This document shows positions 9,509 to 20,411 of a stretch of 64,000 nt of DNA, piece by piece. The notes under the pieces are model-generated. The model was given only the letters and a program-made list of their open reading frames with translations, was not told the origin of the DNA and did not search any database. The stretch lies in the UHGV virus genome UHGV-0149901; one strand, written 5' to 3'. Within the stretch, counting starts at the first letter, position 1; every line of letters starts with the position of its first letter. This stretch comes from a virus. A program made the position numbers and the translations under genes.

Positions 9509-10612
9509 ATGAAAAATAGCTTTGACAGAGCACGCGCTGCGGAGAACACCTCAAAAGAGGCGATAGAGTATCTCGAAAGAGCATCTCAAATGCAGGCCGT
9601 TATGATCTCCCAGGTCAGCAATGACATGAGATTCTCGGACGCATTCATGTTATTCACTCGCTTATCTCTGCTGATAACCAGACGTCGGCCAGAGATCGCT
9701 GTTCATTGTATTTTGATACATGTTTTGCCGCACATTGCCGATGTAAAAGTAAGTGACATTAATAGGTTCATGGTGAACCAACTGGTCAACCCACTAATAC
9801 TGGATGGCAAAATTGTTATGGGCCGCCGCGTTTTCTCTCTGATGAAGCAGTTCCTTAGCTGGTGCGCCTTCCAGGGGATGATAGACGTGTCACCGTTAAA
9901 CGATATGTCACTTAACAAAGTTGCCGGTGGCGCAAAGCCCACACCTCGCGAGCGGAAGCTGACCGACGCAGAGGTATGGGTGTTCTGGAATATATGGGAC
10001 TACTTCAATGTGTGTGCTGGTACAAAATGGGCGGCCAGGCTATGTCTTGTATCCGCAAGACGACCTGACGAAGTACTGCGGGCTAAAAAAAGTGAGTTCA
10101 ATCTTAAGCGTGGGGTTTGGAATCAAGGCAAGAGGAACAAATCTGCCCGTGAGCATTCTCTGCCTTTAAGCTCATTAATGCGCACTTGTATTGAAGAGTT
10201 GTTCGAATATGGTAAAGACAGCCAGTGGCTCGTGCCTTCGAATAAAAAAATCGGGAAAGACCTTCCTATGTCTAAAGTGGCAATAGCCCAGGCATTACGT
10301 CGTATTCTGGAACGACCAGAACTGATGGAGCTTGAGCCATTTACACCCCGAGATTTGCGCCGTACTGCGCGTAGTTACTTCCCAGCATTAGGCATAAGCC
10401 AGGAGGTATCACGTAAAATCATGAACCACAGTCTTGAGGGGATAGATCGGGTCTACGACCGGCACGATTATATGGACGAGATGCGAGACGCCTTAGAAAG
10501 TTTCTCGACGTACATCGCATCAATCGTAGAGCAACCGGATTTAGACGAAATTGACCACAAATTTAAGGGAGATCGTCTATCAACAGAGCTTATTCGTGTA
10601 AATTTTTCATAG
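9509..10612 (+). CDS. Tyrosine site-specific recombinase / integrase
   Basis: C-terminal catalytic region with RDLRRT box, NHS, and terminal RVYDRHDY tyrosine; 367 aa. Confidence 0.8.
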   Translation: MKNSFDRARAAENTSKEAIEYLERASQMQAVMISQVSNDMRFSDAFMLFTRLSLLITRRRPEIAVHCILIHVLPHIADVKVSDINRFMVNQLVNPLILDGKIVMGRRVFSLMKQFLSWCAFQGMIDVSPLNDMSLNKVAGGAKPTPRERKLTDAEVWVFWNIWDYFNVCAGTKWAARLCLVSARRPDEVLRAKKSEFNLKRGVWNQGKRNKSAREHSLPLSSLMRTCIEELFEYGKDSQWLVPSNKKIGKDLPMSKVAIAQALRRILERPELMELEPFTPRDLRRTARSYFPALGISQEVSRKIMNHSLEGIDRVYDRHDYMDEMRDALESFSTYIASIVEQPDLDEIDHKFKGDRLSTELIRVNFS

Positions 10613-10993
10613 AGACTTTATGGCCTCAACAACCTTTTGTGATGCGCCTTTCTCTTTACCGAATCGCTCGTTATATGCAGCAAGAACCTGTTTTTCGTCC
10701 TCGTTAAGAGGAGCAGTGCCTTCTTTGTATAAAAATGCTGCGAGTTCGGGTTGGCGTTCTTCCAGCACCATCATCATAAGACGACTTGGCTCAATGCCCA
10801 GTGCCAGCGCCAGCGGACGAACCTTATCGATAGGCAAAGGAATTTTGCCGCTTTTAATTAAAGAAAGGTTGTTGGCGTTTTTATACCCAATTGTTTTGGC
10901 TATCTGGGCCTGGCTCATAGGTGAGGATTCAATCAACCCTGCGATAAAAGCAGCGTAGCGACTTTCTATAAATTCAATCTTGTTATCAGACAT
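10607..10993 (-). CDS. HTH XRE-family transcriptional regulator (repressor-like)
   Basis: Helix-turn-helix MSQAQIAKTIGYKNANNLSLIKSG; divergent to downstream genes. Confidence 0.7.
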   Translation of the reverse strand: MSDNKIEFIESRYAAFIAGLIESSPMSQAQIAKTIGYKNANNLSLIKSGKIPLPIDKVRPLALALGIEPSRLMMMVLEERQPELAAFLYKEGTAPLNEDEKQVLAAYNERFGKEKGASQKVVEAIKSL

Positions 10994-11244
10994 GGTTACA
11001 ACCTTTGCGCGTTCAATTCTCTCTGGTAAGTGCTTACCGATATTACATCAAAGGTTAGGGTTGTAAAGCTATTATCATTTTTTTCGATAGGCACTTAAAA
11101 GACCGGTTAAAGGCCATTGCACGGAGAAAAATTAGCCCAAAACAGGTAAGAAAATCAACTTGCATATGATATGAATGTATTCAGTATTGATATAAATTTT
11201 AGTAGTATTCCTTACCATAGTATAAGTTAGAATGGATTGATTGA

Positions 11245-11457
11245 ATGAACACCACTATTTCCAGCCTAATCGCTCTTGAGATCGGACACGTACAGAAATT
11301 AGCTGATGAGTGTGTAGCTGACATCCTCACCGATCTACCGAATGAGCAGATTCAGGTTGGTGTGAATGACACAACTGGCTTTATATTCGAACTTAACAAC
11401 AAACGCTTCACGCTTCTCAATACCGGCTCCGGGTCTTTAGCCGTCAGAATCTGTTAA
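11245..11457 (+). CDS. Hypothetical small protein
   Basis: 70 aa ORF divergent from XRE regulator. Confidence 0.35.
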   Translation: MNTTISSLIALEIGHVQKLADECVADILTDLPNEQIQVGVNDTTGFIFELNNKRFTLLNTGSGSLAVRIC

Positions 11458-11555
11458 CCCCTCTTCTCCCTGCGCGAATGGCTTAGTTCCCTGTTCGCGC
11501 AGTGCTACATTAAACACACTAGTAAATAATTTGTTTTCATAACAAAGGATTAGCC

Positions 11556-13664
11556 ATGTCTAAAAAACGTTCCATCAAAGAGGTTCAGGACTTCCGTGAC
11601 AGTGTAAAACGAGTAGTCGCTCTCCTTTCAGGTAAAAACATCCCTGTTGCAGAACGAGGGGACGACGCTTATGTACGCTATAACGATGATGGAGAGCCAA
11701 TTCTCGTAAACATCCCATCAATCCCGGATAACGCAACACCGGCATTGATGAATGCTGTGCGCGGATTTCTCGATCATGAGGTTGCTCACATTTTGTTTAC
11801 CGATATTCGTGTGTCCAACAAAATGAGAGAAAAAGGACGCGTTCCTTCCTGGTCGCTATGGAATGCCTTAGAAGACGTGTTCATCGAGCGAAAAATGGGT
11901 CAGGTCTTTAACGGAACAAGACGTAATCTGATGGCAACTCAGCGCCTTATAATCGAAAAAGTCTTTAAACCAAAGGCTTCAGAGGCTATTGCTTATTGTG
12001 GCAAAGATCAGCGCGCGCTTTTTCTAAACTTCTTTCTCTGTCCGGTTGTAAGAGCCTGGGATGGCCAAGCACCGTTCGTAGATTTCATGGATGAATATTG
12101 GCCTGTCATTGAGAAACCAATTTCATTATTAAAAGAACATGGTATCGATGTGGCCGTGCGTAACATGTCTTGCACCGAGGATTGTGTAAAGGTGGCTGCG
12201 ACCATAGCTAAGATTCTCAAAGACACTGAAAGTGAAAGCAAAGGTAAGGAGTCAGCTCCGGGAAAAACTTCCGATCCTTCAGACGCTGACCAGACGGATG
12301 CCTCTGGAGAAAACAATGAAGACAACGAAGATCATGAGACACTCTCAGTGTTAGATAATCACAAATCTATCAAATCAGAATCACATAGTAAGTACAAACA
12401 TTATAATAACGACAGTGATGATTCAGATAATTCTGAATCATCAGAAACAATATTCGATGATACAGAAAATGATAAAGAGGTATCAGATTCTGATGCTTCT
12501 GATAACGCGGCGTCAGAATCATTAACCGCTGACCACGAAAAAAGAAAAACGACAGAAGACGGCTCTTCAGATATCCCAACTCCGTCAAAAATGAGTCTGG
12601 AAGAGGCTTTAGAGGAGCTGGATAGCATAGAAGATGAAGTCGGAGGCATGACAGAAGATGCTCTATCCGAAACGATTAAAAGCGAGTTAACAGAAAGCTC
12701 GAAAAGCGAATACAGGCCATACAATCGCTCATACGACTTCATCGGCTCGATTGATCAGGCAGAAGCCCATATCAAACGGCTTATTAAAACATTCTCCGAT
12801 ATTGATTTAGGTGGATATCCAATCAGCCGTTATCGCATCGTTCCTGAAGGCAACCAACTCTTCGACAAATATATTGAAAAGCACCTTTCGTCAGGTGTTT
12901 CGTCGACGCTGGCAAAAGACCTGGAACGTGCAATAGCAAGCAGAAACAGAGTTCAGTTTATACCTGGCCAGCGTCGGGGGCGCATTCATGGTTCAAGTAT
13001 CTACAGATTAACAATGAATGATGATCGCGTGTTTCGTAAAAAAGAAGAATCTAAAGCCGTTAACGCCTGTGTTCAACAAGTGATTGATTTATCGGGTTCA
13101 ATGAGTGGCGAAACGATAAAACTAGCTCTTGCAAGTGCATATACCATCGCCGATGCACTTGATCGAATAAATGTTCCCAACATTATCACCGGCTTCACTA
13201 CATTTGGTAGTCATATGGCGGCAGGAGAACTTAAGGCTGTCAAGTATGAGTTCTCTCGCTTTGAATCTTTAATGCTACCTATCATCAAAAATTGGAATGA
13301 AAAGGTAAATTCTCGCGAAGTTCGCTCACGTATGGGGTGCGTAGGCTACACATTCCCACTTCTTAATAACGTGGATGGTGAAAGCATAGCCAGCCTTGCA
13401 TCGTTATTTTCCGGTCGCATGGAGGACAGGAAGATCATGCTTGTTCTGAGTGATGGCGCGCCGTGGGCTGTTGGGAGAGGTTTTGACGCTCATTTGCGTT
13501 CAGTTGCGAAGCAAATTGAAACGCAGACTGATATTGATTTGATGGCAATTGGCATCATGACTGACGCACCGGAGAGATTTTACTCAAATCATGCCCTGGT
13601 AACGAGCGTTGATAGTCTTGGTTCATCTGTAGTTACTGAACTATCTCGTATCATTTTAAAGTGA
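11556..13664 (+). CDS. CobT-like VWA-domain protein
   Basis: C-terminal MIDAS motif DLSGSMSG; long acidic Ser/Asp/Glu-rich central tract; 702 aa. Confidence 0.75.
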   Translation: MSKKRSIKEVQDFRDSVKRVVALLSGKNIPVAERGDDAYVRYNDDGEPILVNIPSIPDNATPALMNAVRGFLDHEVAHILFTDIRVSNKMREKGRVPSWSLWNALEDVFIERKMGQVFNGTRRNLMATQRLIIEKVFKPKASEAIAYCGKDQRALFLNFFLCPVVRAWDGQAPFVDFMDEYWPVIEKPISLLKEHGIDVAVRNMSCTEDCVKVAATIAKILKDTESESKGKESAPGKTSDPSDADQTDASGENNEDNEDHETLSVLDNHKSIKSESHSKYKHYNNDSDDSDNSESSETIFDDTENDKEVSDSDASDNAASESLTADHEKRKTTEDGSSDIPTPSKMSLEEALEELDSIEDEVGGMTEDALSETIKSELTESSKSEYRPYNRSYDFIGSIDQAEAHIKRLIKTFSDIDLGGYPISRYRIVPEGNQLFDKYIEKHLSSGVSSTLAKDLERAIASRNRVQFIPGQRRGRIHGSSIYRLTMNDDRVFRKKEESKAVNACVQQVIDLSGSMSGETIKLALASAYTIADALDRINVPNIITGFTTFGSHMAAGELKAVKYEFSRFESLMLPIIKNWNEKVNSREVRSRMGCVGYTFPLLNNVDGESIASLASLFSGRMEDRKIMLVLSDGAPWAVGRGFDAHLRSVAKQIETQTDIDLMAIGIMTDAPERFYSNHALVTSVDSLGSSVVTELSRIILK

Positions 13665-13759
13665 ACAAAACAGCCTTAACGATAAGTAACCACTTACGAT
13701 AGATAATGATATATTTATATAAGAAGTTGAACGCTCATTAGAAAACAAAGGAAAAACGC

Positions 13760-14995
13760 ATGACTACTACTGCACTGCAAAATGAAAAAAATCCTTCTGA
13801 TTACCTTGTTTGCAAGTGGTGCGGAAAATCATTTCACTATTTTAAGTCCCATGTAGCCAATGGTAATTGCGAGGGCATTCCTGAGTCAGTAAAAGATGCC
13901 GATCCTGACACCGTACTGAAAATGTACACAACACAGTTTCCAGATGAGCCAACGCTATCGAAAAAGGCACTTGATGCAATTCAAGCTAAACGTGCCGAGC
14001 AAAAAAGCGAAATGGCCAAATCATCTGGCGTGACCAGTAGCCCAGGCTACACAGGCACAGTTGAGTACAAGACAGATCTGGTCGCAGCTCACGAACTGCT
14101 AAATGTAACGGTGAAAGAACTCGGAACAAAACGTGGGACGCCGCTCATGGTTAGCGTCAACGTCAATACGCCGTTTCCAGAGTTCGTTCCAGAAGTGAAG
14201 AAGGGATACGTATATGGCGACTTCGAACTGATCAAAGACATTTTCATGATGCTTGAACTTGGCATACCTGGCTATTTGTGGGGTCATGCAGGAACAGGCA
14301 AATCTTCATTGCCTACACAACTATGTGCTTTGCTCAATCGTCCGTTAATCCGTGCCCAACATACAGCATCAATGGAAGAGGCTCATGTTACGGGACAAAT
14401 TCTGGCGCGTGATGGCTCTACGTATTTCGAGCCTGGCTTGCTTGCGCTCGCAATGAAGCATGGCTGGGTTTACCTCGCGGATGAATACGACTTTGCGTTT
14501 CCACAGATTCTTGGCGTGTATCAGCCAGTGCTGGAAGGTGAAGCGTTGGTCATCAAAGAGGCGACTCCAGAATGGCGTCGCATTACTCCGCATGAACGGT
14601 TTGCTTTCATTGGCACTGGCAACACGAACGGATCTGGTGATGAAACCGGCTTGTACCAGGGTACAAACATCCAGAACGCCGCGAACTTTTCGCGTTTTGG
14701 CATCGTTTCGAATGTGAAATACATGAGCAAAGAGGCAGAGATCAACATGTTGATAAATGCCGGTATCGTGGATGAATACGCAGAAAAGATGGTTAAGTTT
14801 GCCGGTATCGTTCGCGATGGATACGAAGAACACCTTATCAGTCAGCCAATTGGCCCTCGTGAACTTTTGTTGTCGGCCAAGATTGGAATGATGCGAGGCG
14901 ACTTTGTGACAGGTATTGAGCGTTCTTTCATTAACAAACTCCCTTCAGCTTCTGCACAAGCGGCTCGTGAAGTTGTTCAAAAAATATTTGGTTAA
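13760..14995 (+). CDS. CobS/MoxR-like AAA+ ATPase
   Basis: Walker A GHAGTGKS, Walker B VYLADEYD; adjacent to VWA partner. Confidence 0.75.
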   Translation: MTTTALQNEKNPSDYLVCKWCGKSFHYFKSHVANGNCEGIPESVKDADPDTVLKMYTTQFPDEPTLSKKALDAIQAKRAEQKSEMAKSSGVTSSPGYTGTVEYKTDLVAAHELLNVTVKELGTKRGTPLMVSVNVNTPFPEFVPEVKKGYVYGDFELIKDIFMMLELGIPGYLWGHAGTGKSSLPTQLCALLNRPLIRAQHTASMEEAHVTGQILARDGSTYFEPGLLALAMKHGWVYLADEYDFAFPQILGVYQPVLEGEALVIKEATPEWRRITPHERFAFIGTGNTNGSGDETGLYQGTNIQNAANFSRFGIVSNVKYMSKEAEINMLINAGIVDEYAEKMVKFAGIVRDGYEEHLISQPIGPRELLLSAKIGMMRGDFVTGIERSFINKLPSASAQAAREVVQKIFG

Positions 14996-14997
14996 TC

Positions 14998-15201
14998 GTG
15001 CGTAAAGGATGTTTCGGCTCTCTTATCGCTGCTTCTGAAACTGGTAAGGCTTGTCTGGTGTGTCCAGACAAGCCCGATTGTCACCAATCAGCAAAAGAAG
15101 TTGCGATTTCGATGCATGGGAAGTTCGTAGGCTTCCCCAATGACAAAATCAAAAAAACCAGAAAGGTAAAAACACATGAAGGCACTGATGGTTCGAACTG
15201 A
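14998..15201 (+). CDS. Hypothetical small Cys-containing protein
   Basis: 67 aa, GTG start, overlaps dnaE start by 26 nt. Confidence 0.3.
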   Translation: MRKGCFGSLIAASETGKACLVCPDKPDCHQSAKEVAISMHGKFVGFPNDKIKKTRKVKTHEGTDGSN

Positions 15202-18200
15202 CTTCTCACTTGGGGAGTCGGCTCTAAAAGCAGAAAACGCGGTGAAGATTGCCAGAGAAGCTGGCTACACCGCTGTAATTTCAGCAGATAGCATGAATAT
15301 TGCGAGCGTTATTCCACTACAACGTGCCGCTGGTGACGACATGGCGGTTATTTGTGGTGTGAAACTAAACATTGTTGATGATCCCACATACGAGCACCGG
15401 GCTAAACTTGCTAAAGAATCTATGAGATGTATGGAATCATTAGAGCGGGGACGTAACTACTCGTTTACCGCTCTAATTAAAAATGAGCAAGGATATCGCG
15501 ACATCTGCGAACTAATGACGGCGGCCAACACACGAGAACAGTTCTACTTTGTACCGCGTCTCTCGCTCGAACAGTTGGTTTCTACATATGCCAAAGGCAA
15601 CATCATCCTGCTTACTTCCGACATCGGTAGCGTGTTCCAACGCAACGATTTTGCAAAAATCATAAGCACACTGATTACAGCGGGTGGAAAAGACAACTTC
15701 TATAGTGTGGTTTATCCGCACCCTACCCCATTCTACGACCAGATTAACGTCCGGGCGATGAAAGTCGCCAGCGCATTGAAAATAGAGCCAGTGGCGTTCT
15801 ATCCCGCTTATTACGAATCGATCGACGATGCAGACATTAAAGACATTGCGCACATGGTTACGAACAACATCAAAATCGACCAGCCGCATCGTCTGCGTAT
15901 CCCCCACCAGCGAGATAACGCCGTCAATGGTCGCCGCCATCTCCTTGAGGCGCTTAAAGCCTTCTCCGTTCGCATGGATGTGCCGGTAACAGCTGCAATG
16001 GCCTCAACAACGCAGGATACCATTATCGATGCCTGCACATGGCGCTGGCATGAATTGCCGCCAGCACTGCCAAAGATGGCAGACGACGAGCCTGCAACGC
16101 TTATGAAACTGGCTGTTGCAGGGCTGCGTAAACGTCTTACCACAAAAGAGTTTGGCTACACACCACCTGCTTCTGAGAACAGGGTTTATGTTGAGCGGCT
16201 AAAGTACGAAATGGACACGCTGACTCGCCTGGGATTTTGTGGTTACTTCCTGATGGTACGCGATCTGATGAATCATAGTCGTGAAACTGGCATTCCCGTT
16301 GGGCCTGGTCGTGGTTCCTCTGCCGGTTCTCTGGTGGCGTGGTGCATAGGCATAACCAACGTCGACCCAATCCGTCACGGTCTTCTGTTTGAGCGTTTCA
16401 TCAACCCTGAGCGTCTCGACTTGCCGGATGCGGACTTGGACTTCAGCCAGGCACGTCGCCATGAGGTGATCGAGTATCTGAATGAACGCTACGGCGAAGA
16501 TTACGTTGCGGGTATTCCGAACTTCACCTACCTGGGCGCAGCCTCTGCACTACGTGATACCGCTCGTATTTATGGTGTGGAGTCCGCAGATATGGCGGTA
16601 TCAAAAGAACTGAAGAACGTCGAGGATGATAGCCTTCCATTGGAAGAGCTGCGCGAACAACTGGCAAGTCTCGACAAATACGCAACAAAATATCCTGATG
16701 CATTCAATGCAGCCTGCAAGTTACAAAGCCTTATGCGTGGCTTTGGTAGACATGCGGCAGGGATGATCGTAGCAGGTGTTCCTCTGACAGAACGTACACC
16801 GGTTGAGCGCCGTGGTGACGCGCGTTGTATCGCATTTGACAAGCGTTACTGCGAGGCTATGGGCCTAATTAAGCTGGACGTGCTTGGCCTGGCAACTCTC
16901 GATTTGCTCGATAGTGCAAAACGCTACATAAAAGAGAACACAGGTGAAGATATCAATCTTGATGCCATTTCTCTTGAAGATCGCAAGGTGCTGGATGGTT
17001 TTGCTGCTGGGTACACTCAAGGTGTTTTCCAGCTTGAATCAGGCCCAATGCGCAAGCTGCTTAAAGATTTAGGTGGTGGAATTGAGCCAATGAGCTTTAA
17101 AACGGTCGTCGCTACAACTGCGCTCTTCCGGCCGGGGCCAATTCAATCAGGCATGTTGGATGACTATGTTTCTGTCGCCAAAGGCTTTATGACGCCGGAA
17201 TCATTACACCCCGTTCTTGATGAACTTACCGCGGAAACAAATGGCGTGATTCTCTATCAGGAACAGACGATGAACGCGACTCGATTGCTTGCCGGCTTCA
17301 CAATGGCTGAAGCTGACGCTGTGCGTTCCGCAATCGGTAAGAAGAACATGGAAAAAATGAAGAGCATGGGCGAGAAGTTCATCGTTCAGGCTCAAGCTGG
17401 CTGGATAGACGTTGAGCTGGAAGATGGCACTACACAGCGCATTCACCGTGCGGAACATTTTAAATGCGAAGACGGAACTCTGAAAACTGTCGAAGAGGCA
17501 CTTGAGCACGGCGCAAAACTACCTATAAACGCAGTACGCGTTACAGCGTCACATCCAGGGCTATCAGAGATGAAAGCGAAGGAGATCTGGACCGCATTTG
17601 AGAAAAACGGAGCCTATCAGTTCAATAAATCACACTCCGTTGCTTATTCTTTAATCAGTTATCAATCTATGTGGTTGAAAACTCATTATCCCGCAGAGTT
17701 TTTCGCTGCTGCTCTCACTATTCTTGGCGAAGATAAACACCAAGGGCTGGTTAAAGATGCGCTGACCTATGGTATTCGCGTATTGCCACCAGACGTTAAC
17801 GTGTCATCTAACCGAATCGAGATCCGCACGCTTGAAGATGGCAGCCAGGTTCTGTATGCGCCCTTCTCTGCTGTGAAGGGGTGTTCTGAGAATGGCTGCC
17901 AAGCCATCATGAGAGCACGAGAAAAAGTTGGCGGCAAATTCGAGTCACTGGCGCAATTCGAAGAAGCTGTCGAGAAACGTGCCTGTAATAGTCGAGTGCG
18001 CGAATCACTGCAAAAAGTAGGTGCGTTTGCATCCATCGAGCCAGGTAGTCTGCCAGCAACTGATCCTGAGCGTCTCCGCGACCAGGCAGAATTGATGGGA
18101 AACCTTGTCATAGACGCAGTTAAAGCCTCACGTCCGTTTGAGATGAACCCCAAACGATCGGCTGAAATTAACGCACTCATGACACGGATGGCGGCTGAAA

Positions 18201-18694
18201 TGGGCTTAGGTGATGAACTAATCCGCCCCAGCATTGGCATTAAGCCGAAAATCATGATCATTCTGGACAATGCGAACGGCAATGATGCTCGAACCGGTTA
18301 CTTCATGGAGAACGGATACGACGATTTTAAGGCCAAGCTATTGACGGCTGGAGATTTACGCATGGGCGATCTCTATGTCACAGGCGTTTGCAAGAAGGTT
18401 AAAGACAAAGAAAAAGACTACACCAAAGACGAGATCGGCCAGTTCACCGACTTTATACGTGAAGAGATCAATCTGGTGCATCCGACCTATGTGCTGACGT
18501 GTGGCAGCCGGGCGACGTCGCTCTTCAACAACAAGAGCAAACCATCCGACCTGGTTGGACGCAAAGAGTATCTGCCGGAGCTGGATGTGACCGTTTTCTA
18601 CGGATTTAACCCGAATATTTTGTACTTTCGCCCAGAGGAAGGCGAAAAGCTGGAAGCAATTCTTGCAGAGGTAGCGGAGACTATTAGCAAATGA
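15176..18694 (+). CDS. dnaE: DNA polymerase III alpha-like replicative polymerase
   Basis: 1172 aa; N-terminal PHP domain and polymerase core blocks (GLIKLDVLGL, FNKSHS). Confidence 0.9.
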   Translation: MKALMVRTDFSLGESALKAENAVKIAREAGYTAVISADSMNIASVIPLQRAAGDDMAVICGVKLNIVDDPTYEHRAKLAKESMRCMESLERGRNYSFTALIKNEQGYRDICELMTAANTREQFYFVPRLSLEQLVSTYAKGNIILLTSDIGSVFQRNDFAKIISTLITAGGKDNFYSVVYPHPTPFYDQINVRAMKVASALKIEPVAFYPAYYESIDDADIKDIAHMVTNNIKIDQPHRLRIPHQRDNAVNGRRHLLEALKAFSVRMDVPVTAAMASTTQDTIIDACTWRWHELPPALPKMADDEPATLMKLAVAGLRKRLTTKEFGYTPPASENRVYVERLKYEMDTLTRLGFCGYFLMVRDLMNHSRETGIPVGPGRGSSAGSLVAWCIGITNVDPIRHGLLFERFINPERLDLPDADLDFSQARRHEVIEYLNERYGEDYVAGIPNFTYLGAASALRDTARIYGVESADMAVSKELKNVEDDSLPLEELREQLASLDKYATKYPDAFNAACKLQSLMRGFGRHAAGMIVAGVPLTERTPVERRGDARCIAFDKRYCEAMGLIKLDVLGLATLDLLDSAKRYIKENTGEDINLDAISLEDRKVLDGFAAGYTQGVFQLESGPMRKLLKDLGGGIEPMSFKTVVATTALFRPGPIQSGMLDDYVSVAKGFMTPESLHPVLDELTAETNGVILYQEQTMNATRLLAGFTMAEADAVRSAIGKKNMEKMKSMGEKFIVQAQAGWIDVELEDGTTQRIHRAEHFKCEDGTLKTVEEALEHGAKLPINAVRVTASHPGLSEMKAKEIWTAFEKNGAYQFNKSHSVAYSLISYQSMWLKTHYPAEFFAAALTILGEDKHQGLVKDALTYGIRVLPPDVNVSSNRIEIRTLEDGSQVLYAPFSAVKGCSENGCQAIMRAREKVGGKFESLAQFEEAVEKRACNSRVRESLQKVGAFASIEPGSLPATDPERLRDQAELMGNLVIDAVKASRPFEMNPKRSAEINALMTRMAAEMGLGDELIRPSIGIKPKIMIILDNANGNDARTGYFMENGYDDFKAKLLTAGDLRMGDLYVTGVCKKVKDKEKDYTKDEIGQFTDFIREEINLVHPTYVLTCGSRATSLFNNKSKPSDLVGRKEYLPELDVTVFYGFNPNILYFRPEEGEKLEAILAEVAETISK

Positions 18695-18842
18695 ACAAAG
18701 AGAACACCATGAAGGTGGCCAGAGAGAAAAGAGTTTATGGAAGTAAACAAGATTGGCGATGTAAGACAGTACAGGCTGAAGTGCCAAACCAGAGTCTCGC
18801 TATCCAACATTTTTGGTAAGAAGGTCGCTTAATATAATAAAC

Positions 18843-18868
18843 AGGCCCGTTATATAACGGGCCTTTTA
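18843..18868 (+). terminator. Rho-independent terminator
   Basis: Hairpin AGGCCCGTTATATAACGGGCCT followed by TTTT. Confidence 0.7.
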
Positions 18869-18869
18869 G

Positions 18870-19850
18870 TTAATAAATTCTATTATTAACTAGTATAGTA
18901 TGGAGTTTATTATTTATAGGGGAATACGGATCGAAATCACTCATCATGACACTATTTGATTCGCACGCCTGTTCAAAGGCATACATAATTTTAGGCATAT
19001 AGCGCTCATGACATTTTTTAAGTGATTTAACTTCCTCTGATAGATACTCTAGTCGATTGTTACCTCTAATAGCCAATTCCACCTCATCATATGAGTCCAA
19101 CAAATCGTTTAAATTACGAAAAAAATCAAAACTTGGTAGTCCCTGTTTTAAATCCCCGTCCACAATTGTTTCTTCAAAGAATTTCCCTAATGCAGTAATG
19201 TTTCTCTCAATACCTTCGCATCGTTCAATGATCTTCAGATCTTCACTAGATAGCCATAATCTAAGCCATTTCTCTCTATCCCTTGGAGATTTCAGATATT
19301 GGTCTTCGTTAAATGTTACTGATGTACTTCCTGAGTTATTGTAATCCGCTGTACTTGATAACGATGCGATGGTTTGTTTGTCTAAATGCCGCCAGTAAAT
19401 ATCTGGCTCTTCATGCTTATTATCTTCGTTTAGACAAATTAAAACGATCACTATAGGGAAATCGCATTCCCCCCAATACTTTAAATTTTTATAGGGGATC
19501 TGTACTCCTAGACTACTACTCATTGTGCGTGAGGTGGTTTTTACCTGAACGCCAATAAACATACCGGTAGAAAGTTCATTTTCATAGATTTCAACCTGTG
19601 CATCCAACCCCATATCAATATCCAGCAGTCGACAAGGCCATTTGAAATAACGAGAAATCCAATAAGCAAATAAGTACTCACCAGCGTGTCCTTCTGCGCT
19701 GGTCTTCGGATATGTCATGCCTTCAGTTTTATTTTTTTCTGCTGCTGACCTCGCAGTCTTAACTTTTGGGGGTGGGGACAGTTCTTTAGTCGGCACAGGC
19801 TTTTCTGCTTTTGCTTGATTGTTAGCTTTATTCATTGATTTTATTCTCAC
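18870..19850 (-). CDS. DUF4365-like / PD-(D/E)xK-like nuclease-fold protein (candidate defence gene)
   Basis: 326 aa AT-rich reverse-strand ORF; core DIDMGLDAQVEIYE ... GVQVK. Confidence 0.55.
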   Translation of the reverse strand: MRIKSMNKANNQAKAEKPVPTKELSPPPKVKTARSAAEKNKTEGMTYPKTSAEGHAGEYLFAYWISRYFKWPCRLLDIDMGLDAQVEIYENELSTGMFIGVQVKTTSRTMSSSLGVQIPYKNLKYWGECDFPIVIVLICLNEDNKHEEPDIYWRHLDKQTIASLSSTADYNNSGSTSVTFNEDQYLKSPRDREKWLRLWLSSEDLKIIERCEGIERNITALGKFFEETIVDGDLKQGLPSFDFFRNLNDLLDSYDEVELAIRGNNRLEYLSEEVKSLKKCHERYMPKIMYAFEQACESNSVMMSDFDPYSPINNKLHTILVNNRIY

Positions 19851-19979
19851 TTTGTTCTGTTCGCTTTATGCCCTGATTCTGCCCTTTAGCTCCCATACTG
19901 TCTACCGCTAATCATAGCAGTAAAGCTCTTTTTATTTGATACAATCAAATACACTAAAGTAAGTTGGAACCTATCAAAA

Positions 19980-20411
19980 ATGAGTGCAGATATCTACGAA
20001 AAAATCATGTCCGATCTTGAATTCGACCGCGACAATCTGGAGGAAGTCTGGCGTCAGCAACCTCGCCTGTTGATGGAGTATGGTTCAAAGCTCGCCCATG
20101 CAGAAAGAAGTGTCGCAGAGGCAAAACTTAACCTTGAAGCTGTTGAAGCAAAGCTATACGACACAGAGCGTAAAAACTTGAGTATGAACGGCATTAAGTT
20201 CAACGAATCTGTACTAGACGCTAAGGTTAAAACAAACCCACAGTATCTATCTAAACGGCAGAAGTTGGATGAAGCACGGCACATCGCAGACATATACAAA
20301 CATGCTGTTGCCGCCTTTTCGCATCGCCGAGACATGATTGTTCAGGCGTCGAAGATGGCCATTGTTGAATTAGAGCGATTAGGCTCTGAACGCTTTATTA
20401 CTCCCCGTTGA
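19980..20411 (+). CDS. Hypothetical protein
   Basis: 143 aa ORF. Confidence 0.5.
   Translation: MSADIYEKIMSDLEFDRDNLEEVWRQQPRLLMEYGSKLAHAERSVAEAKLNLEAVEAKLYDTERKNLSMNGIKFNESVLDAKVKTNPQYLSKRQKLDEARHIADIYKHAVAAFSHRRDMIVQASKMAIVELERLGSERFITPR

Noticed and set aside
15512-18282. Several reverse-strand ORFs inside dnaE (15512..15940, 15811..16143, 16199..16462, 17767..18282)
   Set aside because: Antisense to a long gene with clear polymerase motifs; no independent signals.
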